Of a stretch of DNA of 64,000 nt, positions 47,510-55,605 are shown one piece after another. Source of the stretch: a virus; the IMG/VR virus record IMGVR_UViG_3300027741_000022, positions 1 through 64,000 of that record, one strand, 5' to 3'. The position numbers and the translations under genes are program-made. Position 1 is the stretch's first letter, and every line of letters starts with the position of its first letter. The notes under the pieces were generated by a model. That model was not told where the DNA came from. It saw only the letters and a program-made list of their open reading frames with translations, and made no database searches.

Positions 47510-48304
47510 TGTCGGTGTGCTTGTGTTGTTGATGAAAACGGTAAAGTTACAAGCTACAGCCGTCAAGGCAAGATATTTACAACCCTTGGTGTTGTTGAAA
47601 AAGAAATAGAAGCTCTAGGTTTAAAAAATGTTGTTTTTGATGGAGAGTTGTGTTCAATTAAAAACGGCATAGAAGATTTTCAATCAATAATGAAGTTGAT
47701 CAGGAAGAAGGACTACACAATACCTAATCCTGCTTATAAAATTTTTGATATGATTGATATCAATGATTTTTTTAATAAGAAGAGTAAGGATAAATTATCC
47801 ACAAGACTGCAGAAGCTAAAAGAAACAATACCAGAGAAAAACAAATACCTCCAGCTTTTAAAGCAAACCGTAGTTAAAGACAAGGATCACTTTGCCGAAC
47901 TATTGAAAGAAGCAAGTGATAAAAATTGGGAAGGGTTGATGCTTAGACGAGACTCTGCGTATGAAGGAAAAAGATCAAGAAGTCTTTTGAAAGTAAAAAC
48001 CTTCTTTGACGCAGAGTATAAAGTGGTTGATGTTGAGAATGGTCCCTTCCGCTTAGTAGTAGACGGCAAGGAAGTAGAGGAAACCATGCTTTCGTGCGTA
48101 ACAATCAAACACAAGGGATTTCCCGTTCGTGTTGGTTCAGGATGGACAATCGAAGACCGAAAGTTATATTATAAGAATCCAGAGAAAATTATTGGGAAAA
48201 TAATTTCTGTACAATATTTCTCTGAATCTTTTAATGAAAAAGGTGAAACTTCTCTAAGATTCCCCACTGTTAAATTTGTTCACGGAGAAAAAAGAGATAC
48301 ATAA
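47399..48304 (+). CDS. lig: Split-intein C-fragment fused to DNA ligase C-terminal half (adenylation + OB domains)
   Basis: MQAIKIKKITR...YELEVEDNSNFFTNGILKHN|CRC...SRQGK, FDGEL, IFDMI, EGLMLR, YEGKRS..LLKVK, VGSGW, SLRFP. Confidence 0.9.
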   Translation: MQAIKIKKITRIENRDKYELEVEDNSNFFTNGILKHNCRCACVVDENGKVTSYSRQGKIFTTLGVVEKEIEALGLKNVVFDGELCSIKNGIEDFQSIMKLIRKKDYTIPNPAYKIFDMIDINDFFNKKSKDKLSTRLQKLKETIPEKNKYLQLLKQTVVKDKDHFAELLKEASDKNWEGLMLRRDSAYEGKRSRSLLKVKTFFDAEYKVVDVENGPFRLVVDGKEVEETMLSCVTIKHKGFPVRVGSGWTIEDRKLYYKNPEKIIGKIISVQYFSESFNEKGETSLRFPTVKFVHGEKRDT

Positions 48305-48315
48305 AAGGAGTATTT

Positions 48316-49251
48316 GTGGGCAAACTAGGGCTTTGCTGTATATCTTTGATTCTTCAAGAGCGTGACCCGCCTTTAAAGTTTCAGAAAATGACCAAGACAC
48401 GCTTTCTTGCTTTGCCAAAAGATGAAGCAAGAAAGATTCTTGGAGAGCGAATTCTGAATAATATGATGGTGACCAATGAGGCTATCAAATATTGTTATGA
48501 AAATGATTATTGCTATCGAGTTAGTAGCGATCTTTTTCCGCTGATTACCTGTGATGAAGTTGGAACAGAACTCAAGGACTTAGTTAATTATAATGAAATT
48601 GAAATGGCTTTTGATCAAATTAAAGAAACTATATCCAATACCAATGTACGTGTTTCTGCTCACCCTAGTGAATTTAATGTGTTGGCTTCAACCAATATTC
48701 CCGCTGTCGAAAAAACAATTAAAGAACTTAACTTCTACAGTGAATTTTTCGACCGGATCGGCTGTGAAGCAAGTCATGTTAATCCCATGAATTTGCATAT
48801 TAACAACAAATTGGGATCTGATGATGAAGTGATTGAACGGTTTTTAAATAGTTTTGAAAAACTGGATGCTAACTGCAAGGCTCGATTGGTAATTGAGAAT
48901 GATGATAAACTAAATTGTTGGAGTGTTCGACAATTAAAGTATTTTCACGAGAAAACCAGTTTGCCAATTACTTTTGATTATCTTCATCATGCTTGTCATC
49001 CCGACAATATGAGTGAAGAAGAAGCTATTCATGTTTGTTTTGATACTTGGGATACAAAACCATTGTTTCATTACAGCGAGAGCAGAGAGGGAAATAATCC
49101 TCGCGCTCACGCTGATTATGCAAGCAAAAAGTTCGATAACCATGAGCTAGATTTTGACTGCGACCTGGAACTAAAGCAAAAAGACAAAGCTATACAAGCT
49201 TTTAATGAACAATTTATAAACACAAACGAGCTTAATAAAGGTGCCGCTTGA
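48316..49251 (+). CDS. uvsE: UV-damage endonuclease
   Basis: LGLCC, YRVSSDLFP, RVSAHP, LVIENDD, ITFDYLHH, PLFHYSE, RAHADY, ELKQKD. Confidence 0.9.
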   Translation: MGKLGLCCISLILQERDPPLKFQKMTKTRFLALPKDEARKILGERILNNMMVTNEAIKYCYENDYCYRVSSDLFPLITCDEVGTELKDLVNYNEIEMAFDQIKETISNTNVRVSAHPSEFNVLASTNIPAVEKTIKELNFYSEFFDRIGCEASHVNPMNLHINNKLGSDDEVIERFLNSFEKLDANCKARLVIENDDKLNCWSVRQLKYFHEKTSLPITFDYLHHACHPDNMSEEEAIHVCFDTWDTKPLFHYSESREGNNPRAHADYASKKFDNHELDFDCDLELKQKDKAIQAFNEQFINTNELNKGAA

Positions 49252-49553
49252 TCAGCCTTAATAAAGAATGCTTTGATATAAAAATCGAAGTTAGACATGG
49301 CAAAATAACAGCAGGCAATCCAGTTTTGTATTCTGGTGCTGTTATCGCTTTAAAGGTTGATTTGGATGCTGATGCGAAAATAGCAGCCGTATCTAATCTA
49401 ATAAAACCTTCAGTCATATTGTACGCAGGAGATATTGAGGATATTGATAATTATACGAGAATTATTTTTTCTGATTATGAAGGATTTGAAGTTTTTGCAT
49501 GTGAAGTATATAAAAAACAACTTAATGTATGCCTAGTTAAAAACGAGATCTGA
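49248..49553 (+). CDS. Hypothetical protein
   Basis: ORF overlapping the uvsE stop (TTGA). Confidence 0.45.
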   Translation: MISLNKECFDIKIEVRHGKITAGNPVLYSGAVIALKVDLDADAKIAAVSNLIKPSVILYAGDIEDIDNYTRIIFSDYEGFEVFACEVYKKQLNVCLVKNEI

Positions 49554-49561
49554 TCAGATAA

Positions 49562-49579
49562 GTTTCCTCCCGGTACGCT
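49562..49579 (+). promoter_or_regulatory. 18-bp motif copy 5 GTTTCCTCCCGGTACGCT
   Basis: Recurrent motif, 8 nt before an ATG. Confidence 0.7.
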
Positions 49580-49587
49580 ACCTTGTT

Positions 49588-50082
49588 ATGGTAAACAAAG
49601 CGAAAAAGGTTAGTCAAGATTATTTGGTGGAGAGTCGCTATGAACACGCAAAGCGTGTTGTGAACATTCTTTGCAAATATGAAAAGCCGTCTGATGTGGA
49701 AATAGTTGCTGCATATCTGCACGATATTTTCGAAGACACATATCTTTCCGAAGAATATATTCTCGAAGAATTTGGTCAAGAAGTGGTTAGTTTGGTGAAA
49801 GAATTAACAAATCCAATAGATCATTGCTTAGACAGATCTTTTGAGCATATGACTAAAGCTTCTAAAAAGGCTAAAAGAATAAAGCTATGCGATAGAATTG
49901 ACAATATGTCTAAAAGAATACACTCTATAAACGAATACAAGAAAAAGAAGATTCTTTCTTACATTGAAGAGTCAAAGAATTTATTTGAAATGTTAAAAAA
50001 TTCTGACGAAGAATTATCAAATCTATATCTTGAGACCCTCGGATCCCTAGAGGAAGCCTGTAGAAAAAATTGTTTTGAATAA
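49588..50082 (+). CDS. HD-domain protein of the RelA/SpoT hydrolase (small alarmone hydrolase / Mesh1-like) type
   Basis: HAKRV, AAYLHDIFEDT, EEFGQEVVSLVKELT, IKLCDRIDN. Confidence 0.8.
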   Translation: MVNKAKKVSQDYLVESRYEHAKRVVNILCKYEKPSDVEIVAAYLHDIFEDTYLSEEYILEEFGQEVVSLVKELTNPIDHCLDRSFEHMTKASKKAKRIKLCDRIDNMSKRIHSINEYKKKKILSYIEESKNLFEMLKNSDEELSNLYLETLGSLEEACRKNCFE

Positions 50083-50671
50083 TAATATATATTCGGTGAA
50101 AACCTTTGCAGAATTTACACATAGTGCTTCTTCTTGGAATTTATCTCCAAGAGATGTTTACAATTTTTATTATATTTTTTCTGCTTATTCTTATGGTAAA
50201 TTATACGATGAGGATAAAAATAAAGCAGAATTTATTTTAAATGAAATAAAACAAAAATATCTTAAAAATTTTAAGTTATTACTAATTCAACAGTTAGAGA
50301 AATATGTTTCTCTAAATAGAGTTGATGACGACTTTAGTAATGAAGAATTATCCGAAGATATGAGTTTTCAAACAATTAAAGCATTGATGTCAAAAACATA
50401 TCGTAGCGATATGCAAAGAAGAAATGCTAATTGGAATTCTCTTGCGGATTATTGTGAAAGTTTAAACAAAACAAACAGCTTTGACAAGCTATGTTTTTTC
50501 ATCGATAGAATAAACAATACGATTCATAATACCGGCGGACCCATACTAGATAAACTACCAAACGGTATAGAATTACTTAATTCTTTTGAAACAGTGCATT
50601 TGGCACAAAGTCCAAAACAGTATGCTAAATATGTAGGGTCAGAAGTTAGAAAGATAGCAAGGTGGGTTTAA
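50075..50671 (+). CDS. Hypothetical protein, paralog of 34865..35896
   Basis: YNFY, W..LAD...L......IDR..HNTG. Confidence 0.55.
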   Translation: MNNNIYSVKTFAEFTHSASSWNLSPRDVYNFYYIFSAYSYGKLYDEDKNKAEFILNEIKQKYLKNFKLLLIQQLEKYVSLNRVDDDFSNEELSEDMSFQTIKALMSKTYRSDMQRRNANWNSLADYCESLNKTNSFDKLCFFIDRINNTIHNTGGPILDKLPNGIELLNSFETVHLAQSPKQYAKYVGSEVRKIARWV

Positions 50672-50938
50672 ATGGAAGAAAACAGAAAAACATTTGAAGT
50701 TAAAATGAGACCCGCCAAGGGCGGCGGAATTGAAAAAGCTATATTTATTGATGGAGAGCTTCTTGATTGGCAGGTTGATATTGAATCTCTTATGGAAGCC
50801 ATGAAAATGGGTCCTATGTATTACAAAGAAATCCAAAGAGATATTGAAAAACACTTTGTTGAAAGTGTATCAGACACTATAGGTAGAAAAGTCACTGCCG
50901 AAGAAATAAAAAATGCCATTAAAAATGGCTACATCTAG
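50672..50938 (+). CDS. Hypothetical protein
   Basis: ORF track. Confidence 0.55.
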   Translation: MEENRKTFEVKMRPAKGGGIEKAIFIDGELLDWQVDIESLMEAMKMGPMYYKEIQRDIEKHFVESVSDTIGRKVTAEEIKNAIKNGYI

Positions 50939-50954
50939 GAAATTGGTCGAAGAA

Positions 50955-50972
50955 GTTTCTTCTTGGTACGCT
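50955..50972 (+). promoter_or_regulatory. 18-bp motif copy 6 GTTTCTTCTTGGTACGCT
   Basis: Recurrent motif. Confidence 0.7.
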
Positions 50973-51031
50973 GTGCTGCTGTGGGGGCATCTACGCCCTT
51001 GTTTTCTTTACTTAAAAACGGAGTATATACC

Positions 51032-51223
51032 GTGAAGATTTTTACTATTGAGGATGTCGTTAGCAGTATTCTTAACGCAGATATCAATCCTGCTTATAAG
51101 GCTCATGCCACTCGCCGCCTCAATTCTTATGTTAAGAGGCGTTGCATTGAAATTAACGCCAAGCCTACTCAAGTTATGGCTGCTGTCAAGGCTGCTGTTA
51201 CCAAGCGTAAGTCTAAGTCTTGA
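51032..51223 (+). CDS. Small basic protein (GTG start)
   Basis: GGAG RBS; Ala/Lys-rich C-terminus. Confidence 0.55.
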   Translation: MKIFTIEDVVSSILNADINPAYKAHATRRLNSYVKRRCIEINAKPTQVMAAVKAAVTKRKSKS

Positions 51224-51233
51224 TTATCAAATT

Positions 51234-51280
51234 TTACAATCGGCTAGGCGCGAAGCCTAGCCGATTGTAATTTCTTTTTT
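51234..51280 (+). terminator. Intrinsic terminator with 16-bp stem
   Basis: TTACAATCGGCTAGGC-gcgaa-GCCTAGCCGATTGTAA + T run. Confidence 0.85.
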
Positions 51281-51287
51281 GTATAAT

Positions 51288-52028
51288 ATGCCAAGTAAAC
51301 AACCTCTTTATTGTAAGTCTACTACCAAATATATGGCAAGAGAGTTGCACATATCAACTCTATATCCATTGTTTACTGGTTTTTTCTCTATACCCGAGCC
51401 AAAGCAATATTGGTTTCTATGCAGTTTACAGGAAAATACAGACACAAGCGAAATACACCAATTAACAAAACAAAGATATTTTGGTTTGTTTGTGCCAATG
51501 GAAAGAATATATGGCGTAGATCGAGATAAGGATATAATCAAAGAAAATAAAAAACACTACGCAGAAGTAAAATGGCTTGCTGGCGATTGGGAAAAAACAA
51601 TACGTTTAGCAGCCGGTAAGCAAAACAAATACTTTGATCCCGCTCTTGTGTATTTAGATACAACTTCTTTTGGTATAAAAGAGCCTGCGGTAGATATTTT
51701 AAAAGAAACTCTAAATTTTTGCCAAAAGAACACTTTGGTAATTTGTAATGTTATGATGAATAATCCAAGAGCCGGTCTTGGAGAGGTTTATTATGACCCA
51801 GATATTGTTATAGACAATTTACTTGAAAGTGATAACGAAGAAGCCTTTAAAGATTGGAATATTTCCCCGGACGATAAAGATGAAAAAGTATTTCACAGTT
51901 ATCAATATCAAACAAGCTGCACTGTGATGCGGAGTTATATATTTTTCAAGGGAGTTTTTCCAAAAGATTCTGATTTGTTTAATGCTTTTGAAAAGCACAA
52001 AGAATGGTGTGATTTAACGTTTATTTGA
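51288..52028 (+). CDS. Hypothetical protein with degenerate Rossmann methyltransferase-like strand pattern
   Basis: IYGVDRD, WLAGDW, LVYLD, LVICNV in MTase strand order; no clear glycine-rich motif I. Confidence 0.4.
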   Translation: MPSKQPLYCKSTTKYMARELHISTLYPLFTGFFSIPEPKQYWFLCSLQENTDTSEIHQLTKQRYFGLFVPMERIYGVDRDKDIIKENKKHYAEVKWLAGDWEKTIRLAAGKQNKYFDPALVYLDTTSFGIKEPAVDILKETLNFCQKNTLVICNVMMNNPRAGLGEVYYDPDIVIDNLLESDNEEAFKDWNISPDDKDEKVFHSYQYQTSCTVMRSYIFFKGVFPKDSDLFNAFEKHKEWCDLTFI

Positions 52029-52041
52029 TAGAAAGAGCAAT

Positions 52042-54231
52042 ATGGACGCAAAAGATTTTAATACATCATACGTTTTTAATAAAAGCAAAAGGCACAACCC
52101 AAAGTCTCCTCACGATTGGCTTGTCAAAAAGATCAAACCCAAGGGTGTTGCTAACTATATTAGTCTCAAGCTTTGGCAAAATGAAGCCTATCTTATTCTT
52201 AAAGACGCCCGTAGAGGCTTTATTAAGGCTTTCTGCGGCTCTGGTAAAACTATTGCGGCACGAAGCATTGGTGCTTATAAAGCTCAAAAATATGGACTGA
52301 CTCAAGTTTATTGTGTCCCGAGAACAGACATTGGACTTGATGGATTCGGTAGTTTTTGCAATATCCAAGTTCCAACCGAAAATGGCTATGAAATCATTAA
52401 GTGTAACACACCGCTTAATTTTTGCAAGTCTACAAAAGAAAAAATTCAAGGTTTTATTGACATAATGACTAATGAGCCCGATCACGATAGCGGAGATAAC
52501 GTATCTGCTTATAGACAGATTGTTGTCACGCATCAGTGTATGTCTTTGGCTATCAAGAAGCTTAGGAAAAAGAAAAACCCAGAACTTCTTCGTAAATTTT
52601 TTGACAATAAGACTTTTTGGATTGATGAAGGTCATCACATTAAGGGATCCAAGGCAGAACAACAAAAAATTATCAGAAATCATCTTGGTGATTTCATTGG
52701 ATATATTTTTGATAATGCTGATGATCTAACGTCAGAAGTTTTTATTATGACTGCCACTCCCTATAGAGCAGATCATGGTTGTATTGTTTCCGAGGAACAA
52801 GCTGCTGATTTTGTAACATATTCGCTTGATTTTCTTAGGCATTTTAATACTCTTGGGATTGAGCGAGTTGATATGAATCTTGAAGAGTATAAGAACACAA
52901 AAGATTTGTTTAAGAGACTTGGGGAGAATTTACGCAAAGAAATCAAAACTAATAAGCACTTTGTTTTTGTTCCTCCTACTCGTAAAAAGTGGCGAATAAA
53001 AAATGAAGATGTGTACAAGCTGTTTGATGTTATTTATACAGTTATAATGGAAGAATATAACGTAAGCCTTGAAGTTGCTAAAAGCATGGTCAATGATTTG
53101 GTCACAAAAAAAACTCAGCACCATAATGATAAACTGTTGAGGCAAGAGCCAAAAAGCGGGCAATCTCATGCAAGTAAATATGTTGTAGTAGTGGCTTGTA
53201 TGAAGTGCCGTGAAGGTAGTGATTGGTGTCCTGGTGATAGGCTTCACAACACTTCAATGGAAAACAGTCCCCCACTAAGTTTCCAGACAAATGGAAGATT
53301 GTTTCGCCAATTTCCAGGCAAAGATAATGTTAAGATTTGCTATTATGTCAAGGAATTTCTGACAAAAAATAAGACTAAGAGAGAGTTTGTTTCAGACACA
53401 GTGAATTCTATGCTTCACTACATGCTGATGGACGATCTTTTTAATCCCATTATGGTAGATATTCCATATTTTGCTCCAAAAAATAAAAATGAAAATAAAA
53501 ATGAAAAAATTGAAAACAAGAAAACTAAAACAACCCTTGCAGATCACTTTGGTTTGAATTATTTTGATGCCAAAAAGGTTCTATTGAATTATTTCGAAGA
53601 CTGCAGTTTGAATGATCAAAATGCAGATATACTCATATCCAGGGTTATAAACAAGTACTTGCCCAATAAAGAGAGATACGACAAGAAGCATATCACAGAA
53701 ATTAAAAATGCTTGGAAAGTATTTTTAATTAGAGTTGCTTCTAAGAATATGCGAGACAAGGGCGTTGACATTTCTTATATTCGAAAGAATGGCTTTGATA
53801 CCATTGTTGAAAAAGAAGGAATTTCTGGAAACATTTTCGCATCTCATTTGACACCAGCAGAGATGAAGAGATTTCGTCAAGTCTGCAGGCTAAAGAATTG
53901 GGATGATGAAACACAGAATAAAAAGAAAGCTTATCTTTTGAAGTTTGCAGAAAAGAAACTAGGCAGGAAAATCAATAAGTCTAAAATTGCTGATGACTAT
54001 GAGGCAATGCACTTGATGGATGCTGAGCTGAAAAAGTTTAAAAAGTTTAACGATAAGATCAATCAACTTGCAAAAAAGAAAAGAAATAATTTTTCTATCA
54101 AGGAAATTGCGGCTTCTTTGAATTTTTCAGAATTTGAATTAAAGAAACAGGTGGAAATCTGGAGTAGTAATTTTCTTCCAAACAATTGGAAGGATGATCT
54201 TAGCCATCCAAGTTGGAATTTCATAGCATGA
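52042..54231 (+). CDS. Superfamily 2 helicase/ATPase (DExH; restriction-enzyme Res-like)
   Basis: AFCGSGKT, FWIDEGHH, MTATPYRAD, CREGSDW, QTNGRLFR. Confidence 0.8.
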   Translation: MDAKDFNTSYVFNKSKRHNPKSPHDWLVKKIKPKGVANYISLKLWQNEAYLILKDARRGFIKAFCGSGKTIAARSIGAYKAQKYGLTQVYCVPRTDIGLDGFGSFCNIQVPTENGYEIIKCNTPLNFCKSTKEKIQGFIDIMTNEPDHDSGDNVSAYRQIVVTHQCMSLAIKKLRKKKNPELLRKFFDNKTFWIDEGHHIKGSKAEQQKIIRNHLGDFIGYIFDNADDLTSEVFIMTATPYRADHGCIVSEEQAADFVTYSLDFLRHFNTLGIERVDMNLEEYKNTKDLFKRLGENLRKEIKTNKHFVFVPPTRKKWRIKNEDVYKLFDVIYTVIMEEYNVSLEVAKSMVNDLVTKKTQHHNDKLLRQEPKSGQSHASKYVVVVACMKCREGSDWCPGDRLHNTSMENSPPLSFQTNGRLFRQFPGKDNVKICYYVKEFLTKNKTKREFVSDTVNSMLHYMLMDDLFNPIMVDIPYFAPKNKNENKNEKIENKKTKTTLADHFGLNYFDAKKVLLNYFEDCSLNDQNADILISRVINKYLPNKERYDKKHITEIKNAWKVFLIRVASKNMRDKGVDISYIRKNGFDTIVEKEGISGNIFASHLTPAEMKRFRQVCRLKNWDDETQNKKKAYLLKFAEKKLGRKINKSKIADDYEAMHLMDAELKKFKKFNDKINQLAKKKRNNFSIKEIAASLNFSEFELKKQVEIWSSNFLPNNWKDDLSHPSWNFIA

Positions 54232-54674
54232 TTACTAAAACAAAAACTAGAAAATCTGATATGGTTGATTTTTTTGGCGTAGGTAAAATCCCTCGATCTA
54301 GCGATCTTAATAAGCACGAATTGATTAAGATTGCAAATAGTAACGGGAAAAGACCATCTCAAAAAACAAAATTGGGTAGACGTTTAAGCGACTATACAAA
54401 AAAATCAAGCAGCAATTTTGATGCTAAGTTTTATGAAACAATCAGTAGGCTCAGACCTGATTGGTTTTTGTCTCAAAAAGAGGGCGCTTCTCAAAAGAAG
54501 AAAAAGCTAATAGAAATGGCAAAGAATGGTGAGAATAGACCCAGCGAGGGGCATTACAGCAGAACAGGAATAGGTCAAGCATTAAGCAACTACACTAGAA
54601 AATCTTCATGTGTGTATGATGCTGAGTTTGATAAGTTAATCAGGGAATTAAGACCGGATTGGTTTATAAAATGA
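54228..54674 (+). CDS. Basic protein with two ~63-aa repeats
   Basis: K.ELI..A..G..RP...T.LG..LS.YT.KSS..D..F...I..LRPDWF x2. Confidence 0.7.
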   Translation: MITKTKTRKSDMVDFFGVGKIPRSSDLNKHELIKIANSNGKRPSQKTKLGRRLSDYTKKSSSNFDAKFYETISRLRPDWFLSQKEGASQKKKKLIEMAKNGENRPSEGHYSRTGIGQALSNYTRKSSCVYDAEFDKLIRELRPDWFIK

Positions 54675-55288
54675 TTACCAAAACAATGACTAGTCGCTAT
54701 GATCTATCTAATTTTTTTGGAGTAGCTCGACTGCCTAGATCGAGTATTCGTAATAAGCGAGAACTCATTCAGATAGCAAATAAAGGTGGAGATAGACCTA
54801 GCCGTAAAACAAAATTGGGAAGAGTTTTAAGCAACTATACATGCAAACTTTCCGGTTCATACTGCCCAAAGTTTGATAAAACCATCAGAGAGCTAGCACC
54901 ACATTGGTTTTTATCTCGAATGAAAATCGCCAATCAAAAAAGACAAAAACTGATTAAGATGGCGAAGAATGGCAAAGATAAGCCGCACTGGAAGTCGAAA
55001 CTCTTTCAATATTTTAAAAGCTATATAACCAAATCATCAGGCAGTTATTGCCCAAAATTTTATAGAACTATCAAAAAATTTGCACCAAGTTGGTTATTAT
55101 CTCGCAAACAAGTTTCTAATCAAAAGAAACAAGAATTGATACGAATGGCAAATAGCGGTGAAAATAGACCAAAGCAAAAAACAAAAATTGGGTGTGCTTT
55201 GAGTAGTTATACAAAAAAATCCTCACTAGCGTATGACCCAGTATTCGATAAACTAATCAGAAAGCTTAGACCTGATTGGTTCGAGTAA
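54671..55288 (+). CDS. Tandem paralog with three ~63-aa repeats
   Basis: Same leader (MITKT...FFGV..PRSS) and same repeat x3. Confidence 0.7.
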   Translation: MITKTMTSRYDLSNFFGVARLPRSSIRNKRELIQIANKGGDRPSRKTKLGRVLSNYTCKLSGSYCPKFDKTIRELAPHWFLSRMKIANQKRQKLIKMAKNGKDKPHWKSKLFQYFKSYITKSSGSYCPKFYRTIKKFAPSWLLSRKQVSNQKKQELIRMANSGENRPKQKTKIGCALSSYTKKSSLAYDPVFDKLIRKLRPDWFE

Positions 55289-55300
55289 TAGTTTTTGAAA

Positions 55301-55318
55301 GTTTCCTCCCGGTACGCT
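55301..55318 (+). promoter_or_regulatory. 18-bp motif copy 7 GTTTCCTCCCGGTACGCT
   Basis: Identical to copy 5. Confidence 0.7.
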
Positions 55319-55356
55319 CTTTGTGTGGTCGCACCCAAGGCTCTTGAGGTTTTACG

Positions 55357-55590
55357 ATGATTTCTGATGTTCTTTCCGATGCTGTTTCTGATATAGAAGA
55401 ATACTTGCAAGATCCAAGGGATTATTCTAAGGAAAGAGATTGGATTAAAAATCTCGTTGCACGAATGACAGCGTTGCGTGTTTATCTTGATTGTCCCCCC
55501 AATACAGATCCCCAATTTCTGGAGGATTTGAAAAGAGTCGAAAGCCAACATATGCTTGATCAAGTTTTAAATCAACGTATTCAACGATAA
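55357..55590 (+). CDS. Hypothetical protein
   Basis: GAGG RBS; ORF track. Confidence 0.55.
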   Translation: MISDVLSDAVSDIEEYLQDPRDYSKERDWIKNLVARMTALRVYLDCPPNTDPQFLEDLKRVESQHMLDQVLNQRIQR

Positions 55591-55605
55591 TAAAGGAACT
55601 ATATA

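Noticed and set aside
52042-54231. Calling the helicase a type I/III restriction subunit
   Set aside because: No PD-(D/E)xK nuclease motif, no intact cognate methylase and no specificity subunit could be recognised.
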